Source of the DNA: an uncultured Actinomycetota bacterium
GTDB lineage: Bacteria > Actinomycetota > Actinomycetes > Propionibacteriales > Propionibacteriaceae
Assembly (NCBI GenBank): GCA_963726625.1
Contig: CAVSDA010000020.1
Location: 3,508 to 67,507, forward strand
DNA: 64,000 nucleotides
Direction of reading: 5' to 3'
Part shown: one piece after another, positions 29,000 to 42,273 of the stretch
Position numbering within the stretch: position 1 is the first letter of the stretch
Layout of the letters: each line of letters begins with the position of its first letter
Notes under the pieces: generated by a model
Databases searched by the model: none
Seen by the model: the letters and a program-made list of their open reading frames with translations, nothing else
Told to the model about the DNA's origin: nothing
Program-made: the position numbers and the translations under genes

Positions 29000-29386
29000 A
29001 TGAATCTCGAGAAGGTCATCTTCGGCTTCTTCGTGCTGCTGGCGGCGACGCTGAACTTCGGATTCTTCATCGGCGACATCGCCGATCCGGATCTGCACAA
29101 CATCTACGAGCTGTTCGCCGCCCTCGCCGTCAGCCTGATCGCCACGGTGCTCAAGTTCGGCGATCGCACCCAGATCGGTGCGGTGCACCTGGCCACCAGC
29201 CTGGTGGCCGACCTGCAGCTCATCGCGGCCGGGGTGGTGTGGGTCTGGGCCGTCGAGATCTCCGCAGATGGCATGACGGCGGTGCACACGGCCAGCGTGA
29301 TCTCGCTGTCCGGAGGCGCACTGCTGGCCAACCTGGTCTCGGTCGTCCTGTTGGTGACCGAGACGATCACCTACCACCGCGGATGA
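29000..29386 (+). CDS. DUF6394-like small membrane protein
   Basis: AGGAGGAG RBS; MNLEKVIFGFF..LA.TLNFGFF and LKFGDRTQ.GA..LATSLVADLQL motifs. Confidence 0.8.
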   Translation: MNLEKVIFGFFVLLAATLNFGFFIGDIADPDLHNIYELFAALAVSLIATVLKFGDRTQIGAVHLATSLVADLQLIAAGVVWVWAVEISADGMTAVHTASVISLSGGALLANLVSVVLLVTETITYHRG

Positions 29387-29399
29387 CCCGGGTGCGCGG

Positions 29400-31238
29400 A
29401 TGAGCAACGCGCTGCTGGTCCTGTGGGCTCAGCTGTTCGGCCGGCGCGAGCCGGCTGGCCGCGTGCCGGCGCAGATCGGGGTCGAGTCGCGGGCTCAGAC
29501 GTCCGCGACCATCTTCCTGGTCATGCGCAGGCTGCGTGCGCCGCTGATCACCCTCATCGTGATCTTCTTCGTCAGCGTCATCGGCCTGACGCTGATCCCC
29601 GGTGTCGATCCCGAGGGCCGGCGCGCGTACGTCAGCCTCTTCGAGTCGTTCTACTTCATGAGCTTCACCGCGACCACCATCGGCTTCGGTGAGCTGCCGT
29701 GGCCGTTCACCCCCGCGCAGCGGCTCTGGGTCACCTTCTCCATCTACCTGTCCGTGGTCGGGTGGGCGTACGCGATCGGCTCGATGCTGGCCTTGCTGCA
29801 GGACCGGTCGTTTCGACAGGCGCTGGCCTTCCGGCGATTCAGCAGCAAGGTGGCTCGGCTGCGCGAGCCCTTCCTGCTGTTGGCCGGCTACGGCCGGGCC
29901 GGCGAGCTGCTCGCGCAGGCCTTCGACAAGCTGGGGCAACAGATCGTGGTCATCGACGAGTCGTCGGACCGGATCGACACCCTCGACCTGGGGTCCTACC
30001 ACGCCGACATCCCCGGCCTGGCCGCCGACGCCGCCAACCCCCACCACCTGAGCGCAGCCGGTCTCGATCATCCGTGCTGCACCGGCGTACTGGCGCTGAC
30101 CAACGACGACGAGACCAACCTCGCCGTCACGATGACGGCCGCGTTGCTCCGTCCGGACCTCCCCGTCATCACGCGGACGATCTCGGCGACGATCGCCGAG
30201 CGGATCCACGCGTTCCGCACCCCGACGGTCGTCAACCCGTTCGACCGGTTCGGCGAGCATCTTCGCCTCGCACTGAACGCCCCGGCGTCCTACCAGCTGC
30301 TCACCTGGCTCGAGGCCGGTCCGGGGGCGGTCCTGCCCGAGCGCGGCGATCCCCCCACCGACGGACGGTGGGTGATGTGCGGATACGGCCGATTCGGTCG
30401 CGAAGTCACCGCGGACCTGCGTGCGGGGGGCCTGGAGGTCACCGTCATCGAGCCCGTCGAGCCAGGCCGGCCGGAAGCGGGAGTCATCGTCGGGGACGCC
30501 TCGGAACCGGCGGTGCTGGCCCGGGCCGACCTCGCCAACGCCGTCGGGCTGGTGGCCGGCACGGACAACGACACCACCAACCTGTCGATGCTGGCCACGG
30601 CACGCCGGCTGAATCCGAAGCTCTTCCTCGCGGCGCGACAGAACAGGCCGACCAGCGAGGCACTCTTCACCGCCATGCGGGTGGACGCCCTCCTGGTGCC
30701 GACCGAGGTGGTCGCGCACGAGGTCTACGCCCAGATCAGTACGCCGTTGCTGTGGCGCTTCATCCAGGACATGCCCGCGCACGGCAACCAGTGGGCAGAC
30801 GACCTCATTGCGCGTCTGCGGGACAACTGCGGCCGCGAGCTGCCGGCGCTGTGGAAGGTCAAGCTCGACGCCGAGCAGGCGCCCGCCCTCGGCGGTTGGC
30901 TGGCGGAGGGCGCGATCGTTCTGGCTGACCTGCTGCGGAGTCCGGAGGATCGGAGCCGACAACTGCGCGTGGTGCCGCTGCTGCTGTTGCGCGGCGGCGA
31001 GGCCGTCCTCACCCCTCCTGGCTCGACGGTCCTGGCTCGCGACGACGAGCTGCTGTTCGCCGGAGAGGGCTCACAGCGACGCGAACTGGAGAGCACCATG
31101 GTGGTCGACTCGACTGCGGCGTACGTCGTGTTCGACCAGCACATCCCGGCCAGCTGGGTCTGGCGGAAGCTCTCCCGCAAGAACCGCACGCAGAGCAGCG
31201 TCGACGACGACCGAACGCTGACGGCACGCCGCCGGTAG
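29400..31238 (+). CDS. 2-TM potassium channel with two tandem RCK/TrkA domains
   Basis: Pore filter TATTIGFGE between two TM helices; GYGRAG and GYGRFG RCK motifs. Confidence 0.88.
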   Translation: MSNALLVLWAQLFGRREPAGRVPAQIGVESRAQTSATIFLVMRRLRAPLITLIVIFFVSVIGLTLIPGVDPEGRRAYVSLFESFYFMSFTATTIGFGELPWPFTPAQRLWVTFSIYLSVVGWAYAIGSMLALLQDRSFRQALAFRRFSSKVARLREPFLLLAGYGRAGELLAQAFDKLGQQIVVIDESSDRIDTLDLGSYHADIPGLAADAANPHHLSAAGLDHPCCTGVLALTNDDETNLAVTMTAALLRPDLPVITRTISATIAERIHAFRTPTVVNPFDRFGEHLRLALNAPASYQLLTWLEAGPGAVLPERGDPPTDGRWVMCGYGRFGREVTADLRAGGLEVTVIEPVEPGRPEAGVIVGDASEPAVLARADLANAVGLVAGTDNDTTNLSMLATARRLNPKLFLAARQNRPTSEALFTAMRVDALLVPTEVVAHEVYAQISTPLLWRFIQDMPAHGNQWADDLIARLRDNCGRELPALWKVKLDAEQAPALGGWLAEGAIVLADLLRSPEDRSRQLRVVPLLLLRGGEAVLTPPGSTVLARDDELLFAGEGSQRRELESTMVVDSTAAYVVFDQHIPASWVWRKLSRKNRTQSSVDDDRTLTARRR

Positions 31239-31289
31239 CGCTCAGCGTCGCACTGACCTGCGCGTGCGGCGGGTCGGTGAGGCGGCTCG

Positions 31290-33083
31290 TCAGCGCCGCG
31301 AGCCGACCACCCCGGCGTCACCGCCGCCACGCCGTACCGGCTCCGCGACCGCGACCAGCCGACCGTCGGCTCTCCGCTCGATCGCGGTGACGGCGCCGAT
31401 CTCGGCCACGCTGGTGAACGTGTGACCGCGCGCGGTCAGCGCCGGCCCCCAGGCGGTGATGAACGCGGGCTCGGCGGAAACGGCCGCGGTGTTGCGCTGC
31501 GACGCCCGGGGAGCGGCGACCGCGTCGAGCAGCGACATCCCGAGATCGAGCCGGTTGAGCATGGTCTGGGTCACGGTGGTGATGATCATCGAGCCACCCG
31601 GCGAGCCGACCGCCAGCTTGGGGACGCCGTCGTGGAGCACGATGGTCGGGCTCATCGACGAACGCGGCCGCTTGCCCGGCGCCGGCAGGTTCGGGTCGGC
31701 AACGCCGGGTCCCTGGGTGGGGGCGAAGTTGAAGTCGGTCAACTCGTTGTTCAGCAGGAACCCACGGTTCGGCACGACGATGCCCGATCCGCCGGTCTGC
31801 TCGATCGTGAGCGTGTAGGCGACGACGTTCCCCCACCGGTCCCAGGTCGTGAGGTGGGTGGTCGACGGCCCTTCGCGGTCACCGGCGTCGGCGCCGACCA
31901 GCGCCGCCGCGCAGGGCGCGTACGAGCCGTCGGGCGAACCGGGGGCCACCGGCTTGGCTGCCGCCGCAGGTCCGATCAGGCAGGCACGTTCGTCGGCGAA
32001 CCCCTGCGCGAGCAGCTCCTTCAAGGGCACATCGACGAAGGCGGGGTCGCCGACGTAGCGATTGCGGTCGGCAAAGGCCAGAGCCGTCGCTTCGAGGTAG
32101 CGGTGCAGGGCCTCGGGCCGGTCCAGAGTGGCGAGGTCGCTGCCTTCGAGGATGTTCAGGGCTTCACCGACCGTCGAGCCGCCGGAGGACGGAGGCGCCA
32201 TCCCGGCCACGGTCAAGCCGCGGTAGTCGACCAGCGTGGGCGCCTTGGGCAGGGCGCGGTAGCGCCGCAGGTCCGACTGACGCATCAGGCCCGGCCGTAC
32301 GGTCAGCGTCGAGTCCGGGGTGACCGGTGGATGCATCACCGTCGAGACGACATCCTCGCCGAGGCGGCCCTGGTAGAGGTACTGCGTTCCCCGCTTGCCC
32401 AACTCGGTGTAGGTGCGAGCCAGGTCGCGGTTGCGCAGGACGGCACCCACCGCGGGTGGCTCGCCGCCGGGAAGGAACAGCTCCCGGGTGCTGGTGAACG
32501 CGGCGAAGCGGGCGGCGTTGGCCGCCGTCTGCTCCCGGAAGGTCTCGTCGACCACGAATCCGCGGTGCGCGAGCTGGGCCGCCGGCTTCAGAGCTCGCTT
32601 GAGGTCGATCGACCCCCAGCGATCCAGCGCCAACTCCCAGGTGGCGGGCGTTCCCGGGACGCCGACGGAAAGCCCACTGGTGACGGCTTCGGCGAACGGG
32701 ATCGGCTGGCCGTTCTCGACGAAGGAGTCCTCCCGCATCAGCGCCGGCGCGGTTTCCCGCCCGTCGATGGTGCGGACCTTGCCGGAGCGGGCGTCGTAGT
32801 AGACGAAGAAGCCGCCGCCGCCGATCCCGGCGCTGTACGGCTCGGTCACCCCGAGGGCGGCCGCGGTGGCGACGGCGGCATCGACGGCATTGCCGCCGCG
32901 CCTCAACACCGTCAGACCGATCTCGGTCGCGTACGGGTCCACCGAGGACACCGCACCACCCCAGCCGACGGCGATCGCATCCTTGGGCGGGGCCTTCCGC
33001 GCGGCCTCGGCGGGTGGCGCCACCAGCACCAGGGTGACCAGGGTCGCCAAGGCCGAGACAAGAATCGAGGATCGTCGGAGCAT
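31290..33083 (-). CDS. ggt: Gamma-glutamyltransferase with signal peptide
   Basis: GGNAVDAA, DGRETAP, TTH (catalytic Thr), LLNNELTDF, KRPRSSM and GSPGG motifs. Confidence 0.95.
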   Translation of the reverse strand: MLRRSSILVSALATLVTLVLVAPPAEAARKAPPKDAIAVGWGGAVSSVDPYATEIGLTVLRRGGNAVDAAVATAAALGVTEPYSAGIGGGGFFVYYDARSGKVRTIDGRETAPALMREDSFVENGQPIPFAEAVTSGLSVGVPGTPATWELALDRWGSIDLKRALKPAAQLAHRGFVVDETFREQTAANAARFAAFTSTRELFLPGGEPPAVGAVLRNRDLARTYTELGKRGTQYLYQGRLGEDVVSTVMHPPVTPDSTLTVRPGLMRQSDLRRYRALPKAPTLVDYRGLTVAGMAPPSSGGSTVGEALNILEGSDLATLDRPEALHRYLEATALAFADRNRYVGDPAFVDVPLKELLAQGFADERACLIGPAAAAKPVAPGSPDGSYAPCAAALVGADAGDREGPSTTHLTTWDRWGNVVAYTLTIEQTGGSGIVVPNRGFLLNNELTDFNFAPTQGPGVADPNLPAPGKRPRSSMSPTIVLHDGVPKLAVGSPGGSMIITTVTQTMLNRLDLGMSLLDAVAAPRASQRNTAAVSAEPAFITAWGPALTARGHTFTSVAEIGAVTAIERRADGRLVAVAEPVRRGGGDAGVVGSRR

Positions 33084-33177
33084 GAACCGTTCCTTCGCCT
33101 GAGACTCTTCGGATCGTCGCACTGCCGGTGAGGTTGCGCAAGGGTGTGCCGCTCGTACGATCTCGCATCCAGCGGAC

Positions 33178-33209
33178 GGTGTTGTCCGGTGCGACGAAGG
33201 TGTTGTCCG
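33178..33209. promoter_or_regulatory. 11-bp direct repeat GGTGTTGTCCG with 21-bp period in a divergent intergenic region
   Basis: Exact copies at 33178-33188 and 33199-33209. Confidence 0.45.
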
Positions 33210-33283
33210 CATCCTCAGACGACTTCATCAGCGCCCGCCGGCGTGGAACACTCGGACCGCATCGTCTCGAGGGGGTCGAAGGA

Positions 33284-33846
33284 ATGCGCTGGTCCGGCCG
33301 CATGCTGTCCTGTCTGACCGCTGCCGCCTGCGCTCTCGCCCTCGGCGCCTGCACCGGGCAACCCACCCCTGGCCCGACGCCGACACTCACCCCGACCGTC
33401 GTCGAAACACCACCGGAAACTGCGGCGGAGCGCGAACAGCGACTCGCCTACGAGGCAGCCGAGAAGTCCTATCGCACGTTCCGGGCCGAGCTCGGCCGAG
33501 TGCTGCGCGCGGGCGGCGCGAAGGAGGCGACGCCGCTGATGAAGCAAACCGCCGGTGGGCCCTACCTCAAGGAATTCGTGGAGGTCATCCAGGCGTACAA
33601 GGGCCTCGGGGATACGACGAGAGGGCAGAGAGACGATCCTGTACGTCCGGCCCGGCGGCTACAAGACGACCACGCTCACTCTCAAGGTCTGTGAGGACGA
33701 CCGCGCGGTGAAGGCACTGGACAGGAGCGGCAAGAGCATCGGGCCCGGGCGAGATCCGAGTGCAGCGAGATCGAGGTGCGCAAGATCGACGGTGCGTGGA
33801 AGCTGTGGTCTGGCGACCGGAAGGAAGGTCGACGTCATGCACATGA
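33284..33846 (+). CDS. Uncharacterised lipoprotein (2-3 frameshifts; end inferred)
   Basis: Lipobox LALGAC, PT-rich linker, LKVCED and DGAWKLW segments in successive frames. Confidence 0.6.
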
Positions 33847-34733
33847 CCAGGCACGGCTGCATCCGTGGCGGCCATCGTCGGCGGCGCTGCCTGATGCTAA
33901 GTGCCGGCAGCTACCGCGACGGCCGAGCGGCAGGATCACTGACAGGGACTCCAACGGCGCACGGGCTCGGGCATGGCACGGAAACAGCGGGACAGAGAGC
34001 GCGGCCCGAGTAGGCGGCAGTCGAGCCAGTGCGCGGCGCAAAGTCCACGTACACCTACGTGCCCAAGGCGGAGTATGAGCGGCGGATGAAGGAGTGGCGG
34101 GCGGCGGTGGCCCGGGTACGCGCCCACAACGCCGGCGTGGCCGGGTGCGTGGACAATCGCGGCATCCCGACCTGCAACCAGTTCAGCCAGAACCTGCCCA
34201 CCGGGCTCAACCTGCGCATCGCCGGCGAACCCGCCGACACCCCACCCGCCGGCGTGACCGCCGAAGACCTCGCCTACATGGCCGTCGCCGAACTCACCCT
34301 CAGCCCGCCCCGGCCGATGATCGGCCCCCCGCCCACCATCAACGAATGGAAGATGGCCGCCGTCGGCTACCCGATGTGGCTGTGGGCCGAAGGCACCCTC
34401 GATCCCCCACCCGTGGCCGACTCCGTCTACAACGTCGCCGTCTCACTCGACGCACGCCTGGAACGGGTCGTCTTCGACATGGGCGACGGCCACCGCGTCA
34501 GCTGCACCGACCTCACCCGCCGCTGGCACCGCGGCATCACCCCCGCCGCCAAGTCCCCCACCTGCGGCTACACCTACCAGCAGCCCTCCCTGCCCGACGG
34601 CGACTACACCATCACCGCACACGCGGTCTGGGCCATCGACTGGACCATCAACGCCACCCGCGGCACGATCCCGCTCTACCAGACCGCCACCACCCAGCTG
34701 CCCGTCGGCGAACTCCAGGTCCTCGTCCGCTGA
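33843..34733 (+). CDS. Uncharacterised secreted protein with PKD/Ig-like C-terminus (5' part frameshifted)
   Basis: AAVGYPMWLW, FDMGDG..VSC, SPTCGYTY and W...W...VGELQVLVR motifs. Confidence 0.65.
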
Positions 34734-34803
34734 TGCCGCCCGTCCCGGCACCCCCGTTCCAGCCCACCCCAGCCATCACCCCGACCCCCGATCTGAGCGC
34801 CGC

Positions 34804-35852
34804 GTGAACCGACCTCCGAGCCTGCCGAGCGCGCTACCGAGATCTCGCGTCCCGGACCCCCGCACGGCCCCTTCCCTTCGCTGGGGAGTGATCGGAACCG
34901 GATGGATCGCCGAGCGTTTCGTCGACGCCCTGCACCGGCTCACCGCCCAGCAGGTCGTGGCCGTCGGTTCGCGTACGACAGAGGCCGCCGACCGGTTCGC
35001 CGCCCGCCTCGGCATCCCCCGCGCGCACGGGTCGTACGAGGCCCTCGTCGCCGACCCCACCGTGGACGTCGTCTACGTGGCGACGCCCCACAACGCACAC
35101 CTGCCGCACGGCAGACTCGCACTCGAAGCGGGCAAACACGTCCTCATCGAGAAGCCGATCGCCCTCGACGCCGGCCAGGCCCGCCAGCTGGACGCGCTGG
35201 CCACGTCCAGCCGGGCTGTTCTGCGCCGAGGCGATGTGGACCCTGTACCTGCCGAAATTCGATGTCGATCCGCCAGGTGCTCGACGACGGACTTCTCGGC
35301 ACCGTCCACACCGTCCTGGTCGACCACGGCGAATGGTTCGCGGCCGACCACCGGATCATGCGGCCCGAACTGGCCGGCGGACCGCTGCTGGACCTCGGCA
35401 CCTACGCCGTGACGATGGTCGAGCGGGTGCTCGGCACTCCGGAGGAGATCCTCGCCCGCGGGACCCCGGCCCCGACCGGGGTCAACGGACAGACCTCGGC
35501 ACTGCTGACCTTCGCGGGTGGGTCTCACGCGGTGGTCAACACCACCATCCTGGCCGACACGCCGATCCAGGCCGTCTTTGCCGGCGGCGCGGCCACCCTG
35601 ACCCTTCCGCGCGTCTACTTCCGGCCGGGCCCGTTCAGCCTGCGCTCCGCCGGCGGAGCGCAGCGGCTCGACTACGTCGAACCGGAGTCCGGGTACGACG
35701 GGCTGGCCTACCAGGCGGCGGAGGCCGCCCGGCGGATCGTGGCCGGCGAGCAGAGCACGCCGGTCCGCCCGGTGGGCGACTCGGTGGCGACCCTGGCCAT
35801 CATCGACGAGATCCGCCGCCAGCTCGGAGTCACCTTCGACGAGCTGAGCTGA
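34804..35852 (+). CDS. Gfo/Idh/MocA oxidoreductase (frameshifts about 35210 and 35265)
   Basis: RWGVIGTGWIA, YVATPH, EKP and GGPLLDLG.Y motifs. Confidence 0.88.
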
Positions 35853-35920
35853 GACCGTCGGGCCCAGGAGCAGGTCAGGCGCTGAGCAGGTCAGGCCTGG
35901 AGGTGGCTGGAGGTCAGGCC

Positions 35921-36103
35921 TCAGCAGCTTCTCGTACTCCCGATCGAGGCCCGCACGCCTCCCGGCGCACGATAGCGGCGATCCGAGCGCTCCGTACCGC
36001 GGCGGCAGCCGGGCTGGTCCTGGCCAGGATCGAGCCAGACCAGGAAGTAGTAGCCCACGACAAGGGCGGTCACGAGCAGCAGAGCGAGCAGGACGCCGAT
36101 CAT
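35921..36103 (-). CDS. Small single-TM hypothetical protein
   Basis: CAGGAG RBS; hydrophobic N-terminus MIGVLLALLLVTALVVGYYFLVWL. Confidence 0.45.
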   Translation of the reverse strand: MIGVLLALLLVTALVVGYYFLVWLDPGQDQPGCRRGTERSDRRYRAPGGVRASIGSTRSC

Positions 36104-36241
36104 CGGATACTCCTGGGAGCGGGCCGCCGCGGTCGCGGCGAGCGCCGGTCTAGAACAGCGAGGAGGCGGCGCTGACTCGGCAGATACACCGGGGAGTACC
36201 GGAGCCACCCACCGGGCGAACCCGGTGGGCGGCCGGCGGGG

Positions 36242-36439
36242 TCAGGCGGCGGTGTCGGCCAGGAGGCCGCGCAGGTGACGGGTTTCCTCGTCCGGATGCC
36301 GGTCGAGCATGGCCGACAAGTCCTGACGTTCGGATTCGGTGCTGTAGGCGCCGAGTTCGCGAGCCAACTGAGCCCGCTGTCGACGAGCGGTACGACGAGC
36401 CCCGAGGGACTCGCGCACATGGGTGAGGGTGGGATTCAT
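36242..36439 (-). CDS. Small hypothetical protein (65 aa)
   Basis: GGAGGAAAG RBS; helical LARELGAYST..ER.DL.AML segment. Confidence 0.65.
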   Translation of the reverse strand: MNPTLTHVRESLGARRTARRQRAQLARELGAYSTESERQDLSAMLDRHPDEETRHLRGLLADTAA

Positions 36440-36572
36440 TTCTTTCCTCCGACGAGTGGTGTCTGGAGGCGCCATTGCCGGCAGCGACCTGCCTCAGGCG
36501 AGGCAATTCACTGCACCTTCCATTCTTCGCCACCGATTCCGGCCAACGCGATTCTCACGGGCATGATCTCGG

Positions 36573-37949
36573 TCACGCCCACCCGGTGCCGAGAGTCGAC
36601 GCAGGCAGACGACTGAATGCGTCCAGCATCAGGGTCTCGGCCACGCACGCCGCGGCGAAGTCCTCCAGGTGCAACGACTCGTCGACCCCGTGCGCACGGG
36701 AGTCGGGGTCGCCGACCGCGGTCACCAGCACGGTGGCGCCCGGAAAGGCCGAGCGGAAGGCGGCCACCATCGGGATCGAGCCGCCCTGGCCGACGAACAC
36801 CGGCTCGACCCCCCAGGCACTGGCGAACGCCGCCCGGGCCGCCTCGGCGTACGGCCCCTCGAAGTCGACGACCGACGGCTCACCCGTCTCGCCGGCGCTC
36901 ACGCTGACCTGTGCGCCCCACGGCGCACGCTCCTCCAGGTGCCGGGTGAGCTTGCCGAGCGCGGCCCGGGCGTCGTCCCCGGGGGCGACCCGCAGGCTGA
37001 TCTTGGCCCGGGCGCTGGGGAGGAGCGTGTTGGACGCCTGGGCGACCGGCGTCGTGTCCAGGGCGATGACCGACAGCGCCGGCTTGGCCCACATCCGCTC
37101 CGCCACCGACCCGTCGCCGATCCACGCCAACCCCGTCGAGGATCCCCGACTCCGCACGCAGCCGGTCCTCGGGATAGTCCAGGTCCGGCGCCGGGGCACT
37201 GGCCAACCCGGCGATGGCGACATTGCCGCGCTCGTCGTGCAGGGTCGCCAGCAGGCGGCAGAGGGCGGTCAGCGCGTCGGGGACCACGCCGCCGAAGGCG
37301 CCCGAGTGCACGCCGTGGTCCAGGGTGCGCACCTCGACCACGCAGTCGGCGAGCCCGCGCAGGGAGGTGGTGAAGGCCGGTACGCCGACGGTCCAGTTGG
37401 TGGAGTCGGTGATGACGAAGACGTCGGCCGCCAACTCGGCCCGATGCTCGGCCAGCAGCTGCGCCAGCGAGGCCGAACCGACTTCCTCCTCGCCCTCGAT
37501 GAACAGGGTGACCCCGACCGGCGGACGCCCGCCGAACGCCCGCAGCGCCGCCAGGTGCACGGCGAAACCGCCCTTGTCGTCGGAGGTGCCGCGACCGTAC
37601 AGCCGCCCGTCCCGCGGGGTCGCCGTGAACGGAGGCGTCGACCACCGCGCCGGGTCGCCCTCCGGTTGTACGTCGTGGTGGGCGTAGAGGCAGACCGTGG
37701 GCATCCCCTCCGGCGCCGGGAACCGCGCGAGCACGGCGGGAGCGCCCGCCCCGGCCCGGACGACGCGCGCGTCAGGGCAGCCGAGGTCGGTGAGCAGGGC
37801 CACGGCAGCGGCCGCGCTGCGCTCCACCTCCCCGGCGCGGGCCGGGTCGGCGCTGACCGACTCGATCGCCACCAGGTCCTTCAGATCCTCCAGGACGCCA
37901 GGAACTTCGGCCCGTACGGCATCGGCGAGAGCAGCGGCAGTGATCGGCA

Positions 37950-37950
<1 letters not shown>
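36573..37950 (-). CDS. M20/M25/M40 dipeptidase (frameshift about 37125)
   Basis: YAHHDVQP, GRGTSDDKG, EGEEE, HSG, GGSIP and AHGVDES motifs. Confidence 0.9.
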
Positions 37951-40217
<2,267 letters not shown>

Positions 40218-40227
40218 GGGCGCAACG

Positions 40228-42273
40228 CTACCTTCGCGGGGCCGCCGCGGCCGCCCGCGTCCGCGCGCGCGCCATCAGGTCCACCCAGAACCAGGCCACG
40301 GTGACGCTGATGGCGCTGGTGGCGGTGAGCCAGACGCTGGCCCCGCCGTCGTTGAGCAGGGTGCCGAGGATCGCGGTGGCCAGCACGGCCAGCAGCGTCG
40401 GGCGGAGGGTGGTGAAGGACGGCTCCAGGCGCGGCAACGCCCAGCGCAGGATCGCGACCCACAGCGCGATCCCGATCACCAGGGAGACGACGCCCATCGG
40501 GGAGACGATGGTCTCCGCCGAGGCGACCGCCTTGCGGCTGACCACGTCGTACGCGTCGCCGTCGAGGATCCGCTGCACGAAGTTGCCCAGGTGACTGCGT
40601 CGATCCGGGCCGCGGCGCCAGTCCAGCGCCGAGATGGCCGCGATGGCGACCACCGCCGACCCGCCCAGCGCGAGCAGGCGCGGCAGCGTGATGCGCACGC
40701 CGGACAGGGTCAGCAGCAGGCCGACCACGGCGGGGGTCAGCGCGATCACGCCCCCGAAGTCGGTGCCCATGGACGGCCAGCCTTCGCAGACCATCACGCC
40801 GAACCCGATCGCGCCGACCGCGACCAGCGCGGCGGTACGCCGCCCGACCGCGAGCAGCCGGTGGGCCACGAAGCCGGCCAGGACCAGCCCGGCCGTGGCG
40901 TACGCGGCGAAGGTGACGTTGCCGAACCCGTACCAGCGCAGGCCGTAGATCGGTCGGGAGTTGAGCAGTGAGCCGGGCTGCATCACCCCGCCCAGCGCCG
41001 CGTCGGCGGTGAAGGCGGCCACGGTCAGCGCGGCGCCGGCGACTGCCGCGGGCACGCGGAACAGCCGGGCCACCAGGACGGCCGCTCCGGTCAGCAGCGC
41101 CGACCAGGCCCAGACGGTGAGGCTGACCGCAAGCTCGGGCGAGCCGGCGTCGGCCCACGGAACGGCGCCGGTGAGCATCATGGCCGCCGGGATCACCGTG
41201 CCGAAGGTCAGGATCGGACGCGCGAGCGACCAGCGGCGCCGGATCAGCGCGGTGACCAGGACCACGAACGGCAGCACCGCGCCGCCGCCGAAGGCCAGGT
41301 AGCCGACGACCACCGCGTCGGACAGGGCAGCGACCGCCGAGATCCGGTCCGCGATCCCGGGCACGCTGAGCGTGTCGGGGTACACCGCGAGGGGCGTCCC
41401 GTCCACCGCGGCCGGGGCCGACTGCCGGTCCCGGCCGAAGTCGACCAGCGTCCGGGTGAGGTCGGTGAGGGTCACGATGCCCTCGCGCCGGGTGCTGGCC
41501 GAGGTCAGCCAACCCGGAAGGGTCGTCTGGAGGCGGTAGACGACCTGCAGGTCAGGGTCGTCGGCGCCCGTCGGTGGACCGATGCCGGTGAGGATCAGCG
41601 TGCTGTCGGGATCGGCCGCCACCGCGGCCGCGACCGCGTCGGAGCGCTCCCCCGCGTCCACCAGCGTGATCGGGCAGGTGGTCGTGAAGCCGCCGGCGAC
41701 GAAGGCCTCGGCGGTCTGGTAGGCCGCGACGGTCCCGTCGGGTCGGGCCGCGGCGAGCGCCGCACCGGGGCCGACCGCGCCCACGCAGCCGGTGACCGAC
41801 CCGGCCAGGGTGCCGAGTTGCGCATCGCCGTTGCGCGCCGCGGCAGCCGCCTGGCGCGCCGACCAGTCGACCACCCGGCCCTCGCTCACCGCCGGCTCGC
41901 ACAGCCCGCCGACAGCGGCCCGGCGACCGGCCCCGAGGGTGGTCCAGCCCGCGGCGGCGCAGTCCCCCACGTAGCGCGGCCGGATCGACACGGTGCCGGC
42001 CTGGGCGTCGCCGAGATGGTCGCTCAGCAGTTGCCGGTCCGCAGCGGTGAGTTCGGTGCGCCCGGTCACGCCGACCACGACCACCTTCGGAGTGAAGATC
42101 TGCGACGGGTCCGGCTCCTCGGCGAGCGCGTGCACGCCGCGAAGGCCGACGAACGCCGCTGCCAGCAGGACCAGCAGGACGATCCAGCCCCGGCGGGACG
42201 GGCCGGTCGGCGTCGGACGCTCGACCACCCGACCGCCGGTCGGGTGCCGGCGTGGCGAGTGCCGAGCGACCAC
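40228..42273 (-). CDS. Uncharacterised polytopic membrane protein with extracytoplasmic domain
   Basis: N-terminal TM, soluble domain, about 11 C-terminal TM helices; RWYGFGN, GTDFGG and SHLGNF motifs. Confidence 0.75.
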   Translation of the reverse strand: MVARHSPRRHPTGGRVVERPTPTGPSRRGWIVLLVLLAAAFVGLRGVHALAEEPDPSQIFTPKVVVVGVTGRTELTAADRQLLSDHLGDAQAGTVSIRPRYVGDCAAAGWTTLGAGRRAAVGGLCEPAVSEGRVVDWSARQAAAAARNGDAQLGTLAGSVTGCVGAVGPGAALAAARPDGTVAAYQTAEAFVAGGFTTTCPITLVDAGERSDAVAAAVAADPDSTLILTGIGPPTGADDPDLQVVYRLQTTLPGWLTSASTRREGIVTLTDLTRTLVDFGRDRQSAPAAVDGTPLAVYPDTLSVPGIADRISAVAALSDAVVVGYLAFGGGAVLPFVVLVTALIRRRWSLARPILTFGTVIPAAMMLTGAVPWADAGSPELAVSLTVWAWSALLTGAAVLVARLFRVPAAVAGAALTVAAFTADAALGGVMQPGSLLNSRPIYGLRWYGFGNVTFAAYATAGLVLAGFVAHRLLAVGRRTAALVAVGAIGFGVMVCEGWPSMGTDFGGVIALTPAVVGLLLTLSGVRITLPRLLALGGSAVVAIAAISALDWRRGPDRRSHLGNFVQRILDGDAYDVVSRKAVASAETIVSPMGVVSLVIGIALWVAILRWALPRLEPSFTTLRPTLLAVLATAILGTLLNDGGASVWLTATSAISVTVAWFWVDLMARARTRAAAAAPRR

